Notes: generated by a model from the letters alone, not told the origin. A stretch of DNA of 64,000 nucleotides from Octopus sinensis (GCF_006345805.1 NC_042997.1:187674001-187738000), one strand, 5' to 3'. Numbered from the stretch's first letter, positions 41,924 through 54,825 are shown. Translations and numbers: made by a program.

Positions 41924-43028
41924 AAACTCAAATATATATTAGTTTGGTCATTCTTAACTTCACACGCAACCTAACAAATATTGTGAACCACTATATGACT
42001 AATCATCACACTAAAACGCCAACAGGGTATTTGAACTTAAGCAGTCGAACATCATATTTAACCGGCAGTCGGACATCTCACTTTTATATGTGACTGTATT
42101 CTCGAATGGAAACTAGAGTGTGAACTTAGCTTCCCCAACCTCTGCTTTGGTATTCTGCTCTAGTGTCTAAACAAAATGAAATCTTCGCTGTGCCGGGACA
42201 GCTCAAATGCATTGGGTATCATATGGATCAGATACGAAAGGCAAGTGTGGATTGTCGAGACCTTATCTTTTGCTCTAAGATACTTGATTTCTATAGAAAT
42301 ATTGCTGTATAGTTTCTCTAGTTTCTAATGCTCAGTTACAGCAATGTTGTATATTGAGACACTTGTATTTTTGGTATTTTAGCAACTACAATTAGCAGGC
42401 TCTTGCTTATCTGTCTAACACCAAACATACGGTGCTGGTGTCTCTTTTCTCAAAGTACTTTCCCTTTTGGTTATCTGATCCATATGATACCCAATGCATT
42501 TGAGCTGTCCCGGCACAGCGAAGATTTCAATTTGTTTAGACACTAGAGCAGAATACCAAAGCAGAGGTTGGGGAAGCTAAGTTCACACTCTAGTTTCCAT
42601 TCGAGAATACAGTCACATATAAAAGTGAGATGTCCGACTGCCGGTTAAATATGATGTTCGACTGCTTAAGTTCAAATACCCTGTTGGCGTTTTAGTGTGA
42701 TGATTAGTCATATAGTGGTTCACAATATTTGTTAGGTTGCGTGTGAAGTTAAGAATGACCAAACTAATATATATTTGAGTTTGAAGAATTGGCAAGGAAG
42801 CATAACCAAAAGGGAAAGTACTTTGAGAAAAGAGACACCAGCACCGTATGTTTGGTGTTAGACAGATAAGCAAGAACCTGCTAATTGTAGTTGCTAAAAT
42901 ACCAAAAATACAAGTGTCTCAATATACAACATTGCTGTAACTGAGCAATAGAAACTAGAGAAACTATACAGCAATATTTCTATAGAAATCAAGTATCTTA
43001 GAGCAAAAGATAAGGTCTCGACAATCCA
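41924..43028. repeat. Interleaved inverted duplication A-B-A'-B'
   Basis: A 41924-42234 / A' 42472-42782 (311 bp, 1 mismatch seen); B 42248-42474 / B' 42802-43028 (227 bp, 2 mismatches seen). Confidence 0.95.
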
Positions 43029-43572
43029 AGACCGCGAAACAGTTTCAACCTCTAGTTAAAGTCATCTCACTTTTGTCGTTAATGCTTTTGGGAAAATCAT
43101 GGACATCACATTACACTAGTGACTAGTGTAAAAGAGACCAATATATTCAAACTACTTTAGATCTAATGCTAAATCTCAAGTTTATCGTGCCGTCAATAAT
43201 AAAGTGTGTCAGTCGGAAAATAAAAGACGAAGTTAAATATACTAAACAAAGTACATCAAGGGAAGAGTACGTTGGCACAGACCAACTTACGTTCATCTCA
43301 CTACAATTTGGACAGTGTACGTACAAATTACCACCCTAAATATTTTAAACATCCTCGTTTCTTTTCACTCCCGACCTCATAATATATATACTTATGTTTT
43401 GGAAGAAACAATACACTAAATTTAGGCAAAACTTCGCATGACAGGCAATTTGCATTAAGCAACGTTGCTTCAGTGAAGGATGAACTCGAGTAGGGCAACG
43501 GCCAATCTAGCAGCCAAACTAAATCCAGACTGATCTAAGTACGAAGGTATAGGCGCGCGCACGAACACACGA

Positions 43573-43618
<46 letters not shown>

Positions 43619-44471
43619 CTATTTATACTGATAGTACATGCGTACTTAATTTCGTTTTTCTTTACAAGTGTCTGGAACAGCATTACCTCATGTTTCATAT
43701 ATATATATATATGGTGGTTCTTTAAAACGCCTACAATTAGTGATTTTAACGCATAATTCACAGGTCAGTGGAGGTGAGCTGTTTGATATCATAAACACAT
43801 ACACCTTGAACATTCTTTGGCTTCGTGATGATTTTATATGGGAAGATTTAAATAATTTTCATTGCACTTAGAGCAATAAAAAGAGTATGTAACACACATT
43901 GTATAAATACAATATATATCTCACACTGAGAAAATAAGATATTATCACACTCTTTTCAGCATATGCAAGCATTGAATATACATTAATTTTTGACTGAACA
44001 AACACCAAAATACATGAACATTAAAACATTCTTCAGGGAAAACCCTAGGTACAATATCGAGAAAATTAAAACAAATAGATACATACATTTTGCATTTTAA
44101 AATACAGAGTTCCGAGATATGAGTGAAATTATCATACGTATCGAAATTAGTGAAAATAACAAAATTCTTTGTTCATAGTTCATCATTTAAGAATATAGGA
44201 ATATAGGAAGAATATATAATAAAAACGAAAGATTACAAACAGAAGGTACTTATTGTGTCTGCCAAAAGTTATAGCACATATACTCACATTTCCAATTGTG
44301 CTGCATGTAAGAAGGAAGACTACTCTTCACAGCGTTTTAGAATCTATTGTATATTTTGCTTTCTGACATGACAGCACAAAATTATAACAAATATATGTTT
44401 AAGTTTCAAGACTTGAGAATAGCCTTAAACATCTTAGTATCGCTAGACATTATAGAGCCGTATGTATAAAT

Positions 44472-44703
44472 TACTCTTTTACTTGTTTCGGTCATTTGAC
44501 TGTAGCCATGCTGGAGCACCGCCTTTAGTCGAGCAAATCGACCGCAGGACTTTTCCTTTGTGAGCCTAGTACTTATTCTATCAGTCTCTTTTGCCGAACC
44601 GCTAAGTTACGGGGACGTAAACACACCAGCATTGGTTGTCAAGCAATGTTGGGGGGGGGGACAAACACAAACACACAAACATATACACATACATATATAT
44701 AAT

Positions 44704-44784
<81 letters not shown>

Positions 44785-46640
44785 CATACATATATACGAC
44801 GGGCTTCTTTCAGTTTCCGTCTACCAAATCCATTCACAAGGCTTTGGTTGGCCCGAGGCTATAGTAGAAGACACTTGCCCAAGGTGCCACACAGTGGGAC
44901 TGAACCTGGAACCATGTGGTTCGTAAGCAAGCTACTTTTATTCATTAAATTTGCCATGTAGGCAGCACATAGATAAGGTAGCTTTGCGGGCTGGACACAG
45001 ACATTGATGAGGTGAATGATTATGATACAGAAATGATAACGATGGGAGAAGACAGAAAGCGCCAGCCGACCCTCTGCTTCTCCAAAACATTGTTCTTTAA
45101 AAATACATATACAGAGGTATTAATCGTCTTACAATTTAAAATACAATATATTTGGACTAAAAAGTCCATACGAATATAAAACACAATTTATACACAAAGT
45201 GGAGGCGATAAACCTCTACAATTCTTCCCCGAGTAATTTTCTTGCAACTTGCAGGCATTCCTGCAACCGCAATCCGAAGCTCCAAAAAAGAATTCTATAA
45301 TTCTCGTTTTTACACGAGTCAATTATAAGATCACAGTACATTCTTTCCAGCGCCAGAGCATCCACCTGCGGAGGCCACTCTGGACTGTCAATACAAGTCG
45401 GGTCCTGGGGGACCCGACTATCCATATTATTCTCCACGAAACTGTTAATAGCTCCTCCCCTGAGATAGAAGAACATATATTCTTCACCACTTTCACTGGG
45501 AGGGGCCTCAATTCCCTCGCTCGGCGGTACACATCCCACTGACTAGGTTATCTTCTTCTCCCCCTCTGGTGACACACATCACACCGAAGGGGTTTCGGGA
45601 TATGCCGTCGCCGGCAATGCCTCTGTTTTTCTTCTTTCTCTTCTTTTTCCCTCTTACGACGGGAGGGTGGAGTTCCTCCGACATCTCCGGAGGACCTTCC
45701 CTCTCCCCGCCGTCTCAGGATCAATCGGTGGGCAACCATTGTTGCCCACCTTCTTTGTTTTTTTCCCTTTTGTTTTCGAGGAGGTTACCTCCTCCTCGAT
45801 TTTTTCATCCACTGGGGGAGCAGGGTCACCTTTTCAATTAACCGTTCCAGGACCCTTGCCTGGTCCCGGCAACAGTTCTTCTTTATATGGCCCGATTCCA
45901 GGCACAGTTGCGTACTTCGCACCCCTGTGGATAAACCTAACAGTTGGCAAACAGTCTGCCAACTCCTCCTCAATTTCTTCCTCAGAGAAGACCTTGATGG
46001 TGTCAAGGACCATCCGTATGATTTTTCAACCATTCTTTGGAGGCCACAATTTGCCACTCCAAAGCGGATTTCACAGTTGCCATGTTGATAGCCAAAAACA
46101 AAAATAAAAATCCACAAACAAAAATCAAAATGCTCAAAAGAAAGTCTATAAAGAAACTAAAAAAAGATCAGAAAGACAGACAGGAGAAGAAGAGCGAAGG
46201 AAGATAGTCCAAAATGGCAACATACCACAACACAATTCTGCTACTCTGGTAATCCAAACTGGTAGTCCTTCGCAGCACAAATAGTATTCTGTCCATCTCT
46301 GGCTGTACTCCTATCCTTTATGGTAAAAATCCACTTGAAAGGGCACAAACACAGTCATAGAAAATTCCAAAAAATAAACACAATTCTCACTACGAAGTGA
46401 GTCTGCTTGCACGACCACTGGCAAACAAATGCCTGGAACCCAGTGGAGACCCCTGCTCGAAAAAATACTTAAATACAAACAGCAGATCCCACTAAGCTCC
46501 CAAAGAACAAATGCTTTACCTGTGGTCGTGCTTCAAATGTTCAATCTTTCACGTACGACGTGACTTCCACCGCGACGAAAAACCACGCGACAACTTGGTA
46601 GCAGTAAGCAAGCTACTTACCACACAGCCACTCCTACGCC
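44472..46640 (-). mobile_element. SINE family 1 split by a 1.67-kb insertion
   Basis: Head at 46640-46604, body resumes at 44937-44472; gtaagcaagctactt duplicated at 44923-44937 and 46604-46618. Confidence 0.9.
44938..46603 (-). mobile_element. Non-autonomous retroposed element with decayed gag/ORF1-like frame and no RT
   Basis: 15-bp TSD; 3' end tggcaaatttaatgAATAAAA; frameshifted ORF ~46083-45216 with QLCLESGHIKKNC (knuckle-like C-x4-H-x4-C, first Cys missing) and a basic/acidic linker. Confidence 0.7.
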
Positions 46641-48028
46641 TAAATGATGAACATTCGATTTTCGAATAATTTTGGATTCTTATCAAAAGCGTCTAAGATA
46701 GAAATTTCTTCCTTTTTGCGACACGGTGATGTATTTGAATGAACACGTGATCGCGAGATTCTATAAAAGCCTGAAATATATAGAAGAACAGACCAAAATA
46801 TACTAAGGATGTTGTTACAAGTTCCCTCAATCTTCAAATATAATTGGAAAGACCAGTGGAAAATCTTGTAAATATAGCAAGAATTGTAACACTTATACAC
46901 GCTAAGGAAGATGAAATTTTAAAACAGCAAAAATTATGGCAGCAATTCAAACATGAACTTGCGCTTACAAAAATTATGAAAGCTCTATCATTTTTCCTCA
47001 CATTTTCACTAGATATCAATAAAAAAAAAATGAAGCTCTCTAAGAAAAACGTCAAGTGCATGTACACTGTCAGGACTGAGATTTTGTGGGTCAAAGAGCA
47101 AAATCTTTAAATTTCTTACTTTATATGAAGACACTCCTACATTGTTCTTTTTTTTTTATTTCCTTGGAAATACACATATGGAAATTTATAATACAGTGTT
47201 ACTATCACTATAAATGGAACATTCTATAAACAAACAACTAATATTTCTTAAGCTTACAAATCCTTTTTATGAAAATTTCTTGTAAGGTTGACCTGAACGC
47301 TTGTTATGGTGGGTTATTTATCTTAGGATATCAAACGTTCACAAAAATGTTACAGCTGAAACAAATAGTGGTCATGAGACTTAACAATTATGATACATAC
47401 CGAAGTGTAGATGCAATTGATGTTATAACTTCCTTAAAAGTTCTATTTGCACATTACTTTCTCTGCTTTCTTGTTTTACCGCTGTCCACTCAAATTTCCA
47501 TATCTCAATGCATAGTGAGGGTGCGCAAAGTAGCAACAAGTTTTGATTTCACTCGATTCTTGCAAAGTTTAAAGTCTTTGTATTCATTACTTGGCATAAT
47601 GTACTGCTGATGAGAAATGCAATGCTCTTCGACATGTTGGCAAATGAAAATTCTTTCTAGAAAACTTTTGGCAACATTTACAGAAAGATCAAAAGAGAAA
47701 AATAAATCAAATGGAACCATGAATGGACTGAAGTCATACTCGAGCATATTATAGTCCTTGTGGTGGATGAACAGCTGAATTAGACCATCCACTTCATCAC
47801 TCATGGAGATCTGACACTTTGAGCAATAAACACAAGTGTATTTTCTTCTGATAGCGTGAAAGGCACATGTATGAATATACTTTCAGAACCTTTCTGCAAT
47901 TGTATAGCAGACTTGGCAGGTAATTCGCTTTCTTTTTTTGGAAGTCAAAGTCTGCAATATCATTACAAACTTGTCAGAGCCTGATGAACAATTAGATTCA
48001 ACAACTAGCTTAATCAATTCAGTTGCTA
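46640..48028 (-). pseudogene. Possible decayed coding sequence of unknown family
   Basis: Acceptor ttttttatttAG at 48030-48029, then ~174 codons in one frame with a single internal TGA (ATELIKLVVES..CQVC..CVYCSKCQISMSDEVDGLIQLF..); possible donor CG|GTATGT near 47400. Confidence 0.3.
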
Positions 48029-48054
48029 CTAAATAAAAAATCTAGATTCTAAAG

Positions 48055-48129
<75 letters not shown>

Positions 48130-48439
48130 TATGAATAATTAAAACGGCCATTAAAATATAGGATTCATGTTATACGTTGTGGGAATGATGATACTTGTTA
48201 ATTTAAATTGGTATTCTGTTATTAAATTAAATTAGCTTCTGTGAGTGCTATTCTTTTATTTCCCATAACTTTTTTTTTTAAATTAAAATGGATTTTAGTG
48301 GGGAAAATGTTTAATTAGGTGTGAAAGTATGAAAATATTAATCTAGTGTAGTCACAGGGAAATATGAAAAATCATTAACAAAAACTTTTAAATTCGAACA
48401 CAGCTGTCTTCTATATATATGTGCGTGAGTGTGTGTGTG

Positions 48440-49321
48440 TGTGGTCTGGTCAATAATTATCCAGACTGTTGCTATAGTAACGAAACACGGAAAGTTAAGC
48501 CGCTTGGCACAGATTGACCTTGAACGCTGCTGTGCATACACACCAAGTTTTAACGTTCTAGGTCACTTCAGTTGTTTACAACTGTGCTTGGAAGGAATAT
48601 GTGTAACGTGTGACCGTCGCATTGACCATGACAGAGGAAGTTGGGCAGAGAATTTGCATCAAATTTTGCCAAAAGCTTGCGATACCTGCACAGGAGTCTA
48701 CGCAAAGTTTTCAAAAAATTTTCATCGTTCTCAACACAATCAAGAAAATCTTGTGCAATTGAAACCCGAGTGTCTTTTTGGTCAGCTGAAAGCAGTTTTG
48801 GTACAAAATTGGCAGATACGCGTCTCATACCCAAATCTTCAGTGATTATGGACTAAACCGAACCGTAATATGCATATCCTCTGATAACTTACGAATGGTG
48901 ATTCGACGATTTTCCCACACAGCCGTACGCACATCTGCGATGTTTTTCTCAGTTTGCTGGTTGTGGGTTTCCCAGAACGTTCGTCAACATCGACATTTTT
49001 TTCGGTCATCATGAAAACGTCTGAACCACTCGTACACTTGTGTGTGGCTCATACACTCCTCTCCATACACTTTCTGCAACTTTGCATAGGCCTCTGAGCA
49101 GGTATCGCCAAGACAACTTTATCTGTCATGGGCAATGCGACGATCACACGCTACACACTTTCCTTCCAAGCACTGCTGTAAACAGCGGAAGTTAGCTAGA
49201 ACGTTAAAACTTAGTGCGCATGCACAGTAAAGTTCAAGGTCAATCTGTGCCAAGCGGCTTCACTATGCTTGCTTTAGCTTCGTTACTATGGCAACAGTCC
49301 GGACACATTGATCAGACCTCG
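48440..49321. mobile_element. Head-to-head fusion of two mariner left ends
   Basis: Plus arm: TIR, 5' UTR and MTEEVGQRICIKFCQK; minus arm: TIR, 5' UTR and HTH region to NFLKTL; CAAAGTT overlap at 48703-48709. Confidence 0.8.
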
Positions 49322-49332
49322 TATACACACAT

Positions 49333-49371
<39 letters not shown>

Positions 49372-49434
49372 CATGCATACATACATACATACATACATAC
49401 ATACATACATACATACATACATACATACAACGAT

Positions 49435-49680
49435 GAAAGTTCCTTCCCGAGCCACATACTCATAAGGCCGGTTTCCCGGATTTTGTAGCCTATATATTCC
49501 CCACCTCCTGAACGGGACGCCGATCTGTCGCAAGATTATTTTTGCCAGCTGAGTGAACTCGAACAGCGTGAAATGCAATGTTTGCTCTAGAACACAACGC
49601 ACCGCCTCATCCTGGAATCGAAACTACACTCTTACGATCTTGAGTGCAATACCTTTACCACTAAACTTTGCAGCCACGCG
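49435..49680 (-). mobile_element. tRNA-derived SINE, family 3-like (decayed)
   Basis: gtttagtggtaaaggtattgcactcaagatcgtaagagtgtagtttcgattcc head on the minus strand. Confidence 0.6.
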
Positions 49681-50239
49681 CGCGCGCGCACGCACACACA
49701 TTCATATATACATAGATACATAAATACACACGCGTCTTTTTTTGTCTTTTTAATAATACGAATATATAATGAAAGTTTCCAAGCTAGTAGGGTGAGAGCT
49801 GAGAAAGGTTTTGGCTGTTATTTCTAGCGTGTAGTTTGAATTGTATAAAGTACACATTAAATAATTAACTTTCAATAATTAGTACACTATGTACATTGGT
49901 GAAAACAGAGAGACCAAATTAAGGAATTCCTTGGTTATTTGTACAAACATTCAAGCTAATGATTAGGTTATACCATAGAATTTTCTTAGCTCGACGAACT
50001 AAAAGTTTTTGGTAGTTATTCTATTCTATCTGAAAATCCACTACAGTTAAAACGTTTCATTTCAGAATTCAGAATTTTTTAATAAAAACTCTACTGTTGA
50101 AGATAAGATGATATACGTCTCCTAATAGACTAAGTTACGGAGAATATATGAGGGTCATCAGAACCCTTATTAATATAAAATGACTCTTCACCAGCGTTAT
50201 GATAATGGAATAAATTTAAGCGTCAAAATCTTATGTTAT

Positions 50240-50544
50240 ACTAGCAGTATCGCCCGGCGTTGCTCGGGTTTGTAAGGGAAATACCTATATAAGCATTTTT
50301 AGAGAGTTACTTCCCTTATATAATAGCAAAAAAATGCATTAAAAATGGGGGGAAATGATGGTAACTTTTTTTTTAAATCGTAGACTCATCGTAGATGTGC
50401 GCTAATACCCAGAAGGGCTCGATATGAATCACGACTATAAGATACCCGCTTTTGGTTACACTGCACCGCAAAATGTGGGAGTAGTTAGGAATCTAAATCG
50501 TAGGAGACAGACACTCACACAACTTCACTTTTATATATAAAGAT
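50240..50544 (+). mobile_element. Non-autonomous Helitron/HINE-like element
   Basis: 5' actagcagtatcgcccggcgttgctcggg hairpin end, 3' aacttcacttttatatataaagat; second copy at 62794. Confidence 0.65.
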
Positions 50545-51028
50545 ATAGAAAACTTACTTTTCTAAGGTTATTCTCGACAGTAATTTAAAAAAAAACACAT
50601 TGTCATCTCACTACGCATTAACTAATCAGTTCATAAAGACTAATGATTAAGTAGGATGGTTTATTGACGCAGGGATAAAAATTTGTAATATCAAATTCAG
50701 TTTCTAGCACAGATATTACGAAACCATTCTATGACTGATAACTTTATTATGCCCTAAATGAAGGTGAACTACTTTTCTAACTCTAAAAATAATAGGATCA
50801 AAGATTTTCTTACTGATTATGTGTAAATCTGATTTTCACAATACTGATTAATCTACATTTAGGGTGGTTAGCAAAATTGCTTAAAAGATCCTTTCGTTAC
50901 CTAGATATTCTGAATAACATTTTTTTATTTCATTCCTAAGATTTCGTTCAAAGATTAATGTCGTGAAACTAGGAGTCACGAAATTTAATGTTTCAATATA
51001 TATTTAATACCTATATTTTTATACTTGA

Positions 51029-51557
51029 GATCTTTTCGGTTTGAACGGCAGTTTTTTCTAGCCGTGTCATATGAAATTGTCACCCATAATTATGATCCTA
51101 GTATCGATCTATTGCATTTCAATCTATTTTAGGGTTAGGGTAAGAGTTAGGGTTAGGATTAGGGGTGAGAGAAGGATATCCTTCTCTCACCCCTAACCCT
51201 AACCCTAACTAGCCCTAACTAAGAATCGATCTATTGCATTTCAATCTCTGTTAGGGTTAGGGGTGGAGGAAGGGTATCTTTTTTCTTCAGAAATGTAAAT
51301 AAACCCAATCTGTTTCTTAAACGAGGGACATTTTCATACGGCACAAAATGTTTTCACCTTAATAGACGTCATTGATTGGTTGAAATCGCAGAAATTGAAG
51401 GGGAAAAACAACAAATATCTTACAAACCATATAATTTTCTCAATAAAGCCAAGAGAAAAAGGTATTTTATAAACACATTCTACCAGTATACGAAGTTTAA
51501 AAGTGTTTAGTTACGTGGAAATTATTTTTAAAAACTGTCGTTCAAACCGGAAAGATC
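51029..51557. mobile_element. MITE with ~28-bp TIRs and internal TTAGGG-like repeats
   Basis: gatcttttcggtttgaacggcagttttt / aaaaactgtcgttcaaaccggaaagatc. Confidence 0.75.
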
Positions 51558-51659
51558 CTATACTTGGTTTTCATTATCGAGTACCCTCTTAATTCCATTA
51601 TTCTACGTACGTCTGCAGTTCCTCAATATAGAGTAGAGCACTATAATACGATGTATCTC

Positions 51660-52070
51660 ATACTTAAAAGTTATATTTAAGAAAAGAAATTTAGTGAGCG
51701 GAATGAAATGACAAGCATACTTCTTTGACGACCAGAAAACCAGGTATAGGTAGCGACACAGATACGGATTAAAGATATGCAGACATTTTAAAAAAACATC
51801 TGGAATTATTTGAAACGAATTTATTTAATCTAATAAGAAAAGTCGGATTCCTGAGATTTGATAGCAAATTTCGGAGCTATTCAAAGAGTAACCTAAATTT
51901 TTTGACAAACCAAAATAAGATGTGTGTTAATTCTGATAAGACCAAGAGTTTTTACAGTTTAGATAAAAATATTCATAGGAGATTATTGTCAAATAGTATC
52001 ATCAACATCTGTTAAAAATCCGATATTAATACATATAAGTCTATTAATGTAGAATCTAAAGAAGTTGCAT
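51660..52070 (+). mobile_element. Decayed Penelope-like element ORF, N-terminal part
   Basis: NLVSGMK*QAYFFD, RYGLK, LELFETNLFNLIRKVGF, NSDKTKSFYSLDKNIHRRLLSNSI resemble the Penelope motifs MRWKAHFF / FE.DL..LI / ADKT..Y..LL..NIT. Confidence 0.65.
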
Positions 52071-53582
52071 CCGTATTCAAAATAGAATACAAGGTAAAAT
52101 CTTTGCCTCCCCATCTACGTATTTTTTTTAGTTTTACCTCTACATCGAGGAACTAATGCATAGTATCTTATCTGAGAAACCACCAGAATTTAAAAGCGTC
52201 GTTATAGAATTTTGAAACCTTAGTAAAAGCTTGAAGATAAACATAATATAGGTCTATTAACATTGGAGATTAAATTACAGAGAATATATGAAGATGATTA
52301 GCCTGCTCGCCTAGCCAGTGGGTGGTGTCATTCGAAAGCTAAAACAATGTGGAGCGCATTGTGACCAGCGATGTATAACAACATCCGATAGTCTGGTCGA
52401 TACCGTGATATGAAGGTAATTAGAACCCTTATTAATATAAAATAATTTTTCATTAAGATCATAATTCCGAAAGAAATCAGCGTCCAAATTTAACGTTATA
52501 TCTAGAAAATTAATTCTAGTAAGGTTATTGACAAGAATAATTGACTAAAAAATAAAAGTAAAAAAAACCCAAAAAAACATAACGTTTATTAATTCGTTTT
52601 GCAAGATTCTTGATGTGAAGTCGTGTGTTGAAACCGATATTGCTGTATTTCGGGACGGTCATTTTTTCTTTTTGCTAAATAAACACACGCATTATATATA
52701 TTTTCTTCACTCGTTTATTACTGTTCTTATTTTATTATTTTAACATTATCTTCCCCAAATCGATCTATACCATGGCCATTCATACTTAATAAAAAAAAAT
52801 GTTATCACAATAAAGCTCCCCCTCCCCATTTACACCATCTAACATCAGGAACCGTTTATACAACAAAACTAAAGCATACAGCAAAAGCATTCCCGTTGCC
52901 TTTTTGTAGATCAAGGACTAAATTGTTCAAAATGTCCTTTCGATTTCAAGGCGTTGAACATGTGATTTGAAGGAGATTTGGCTGCGATTCTATGCAATCA
53001 CTAATAACTTTAATGACTGCATTGATGGCAAAATATGAAATGTCGACAATGACATGCCGTGATCTCCGAAAAAAGAAAATCCCCGTGCAATATCATAAGC
53101 ATTTACTAAAACTAAAATACTATATACATGCAAGTAACACTCTGGCAACAGAACTATTTAGGGACAATTCGATACGCTAGACGAAATAAGATGGCCCTCG
53201 CTTGTTCAGAGTATCCTCGTTAGTTCGACATAGTTCAAGCTTAATGAGGCTAAGAAATCTGGTAAGAGGGGTGTGGAGTGTTTCGACAAAAACTATATGG
53301 TGCATTTCACGAATTTAAGTTTGTATGCAATGAGGAGAAGAGGAGTATGTCATTTCGTCGGAGAGAGAGAGGGGGAGCGAGAGATTGTTTAATTGTTCTC
53401 ATATCATAAGTCGTAAACTTTATAGCCGAAGTGAGTTGCATTGGTGCATTTCTAGTTCACACAACTCCTATTGAAATGTGGGTTGTGTGCAAGAGTAGGA
53501 ATGTCTGTACGTACCGGCGCGCATGCATATGTGTGTGTAAGTGCATTTATATGTACATGAGTATATATACATATGCATATGA

Positions 53583-53640
<58 letters not shown>

Positions 53641-53681
53641 ATATACAAACACACACATATATATATATATGCATATATATA

Positions 53682-54825
53682 TTGAGTCATCCCATAAATA
53701 ATGCAGTTTTTTCAATTGTATGAACTAAATGTCGAAGTGGGGCGGGATAAACTACCTGCACCAACTTGCTGTAAAAGCAGGTAATAATTTTACTTTGCAC
53801 TTATTCTTAGTGCAAGTTTTGAAGATTTTAATAGCTATATTTTCAAATGGAAGTGACAAATCTATAATGGAAGTGACAAAGGAGCATATTCAGCATACTT
53901 TATGAGTAATAACGCCACGGGGAATATTAATTCAATATATAGGAATCGGACAATAAGCGTAAGCCAGTGCCAACGGTGGTTCCAGAAATTCCGAACCGGA
54001 AATTACAGCCTAAAAGGTGAGAGGCCTGAGAGCTCGACGAGGATGTCCTGCAAATCCCGGTGGAACAAAATCTCATTATAACTGCTAAGGAACTAACAGA
54101 GAAGCTTGGATTTGGTCATTTAACCATTCATCGACACCTGCGTGTCATTGGAAAAGTCAACAAACTGGGTCAATGGGTTCCTCGCAAACTTTCCGAGTTT
54201 AATCGCGCGCAGAGAGTGAATGTATGCTCTTTTTTGCTGTCACGTCTCACGAATGAACCTTTTTGGGACCGTACAGTGACCGGTGATGAGAAATGGATTT
54301 TCAATAAAAATGTCAAGCGCCGAAGACGGTGGGTAGGGAAAGGAGAAACACCGGTACCCCAGGCTAAAGAAGGTCTTCACCCACGTAAAGTGTTGTTATC
54401 TGTTTGGTGGGATATGAAAGGTTTAGTCAACTTTGAACTTTTAAACCCAAACCAAATGATAACAAAGAAGATCTACTGCGAGCAGCTTGAGCGGCTTATG
54501 TCAGTGCTAGAAGAAAAACGACCATCTTTGGTTTCAAGACGAAAGGTGTTCTTCCATCAGGATAATGCTCGGCCACATACAGCGAGGATGACATTCCAAA
54601 GGTTGGAGCAGTTTGAATGGGTAATGATGCCCCACTCACCATATTCGCCAGACAATTGCCCCATCTGATTATCATTTATTCCGCAGTCTTCAAAATCATT
54701 CGGACGGGGAAAAATATGAATTCTGTAGACGAGGTCAGATCAGTACTGCAGGAACATTTTTCGTCATGGACGAGTGAATTTTGGATGTCTACCAGATAAA
54801 CCGCATTATTTATGGGATGACCCTA
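53682..54825 (+). mobile_element. Mariner (DD34D, Mos1-like) with TIRs and frameshifted transposase
   Basis: TA-ttgagtcatcccataaataatgc / gcattatttatgggatgacccta TIRs; WVPRKL, TGDEKW, HQDNARPH, YSPD then frameshift to APSDYHLF. Confidence 0.92.

Noticed and set aside
43111-43131. 10-bp-arm palindrome ttacactagt-g-actagtgtaa
   Set aside because: Short and isolated; plausible by chance in 64 kb of AT-rich DNA
45667-46107. 146-aa plus-strand ORF
   Set aside because: Antisense frame of the GC-rich retroelement ORF
51129-51220. True telomere or chromosome-fusion site
   Set aside because: Only a few degenerate repeats, and they lie inside a TIR-bounded element
52607-52645. Second hammerhead (cttgatgtgaagtc..gttgaaac)
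   Set aside because: CTGANGA core broken and no convincing helices
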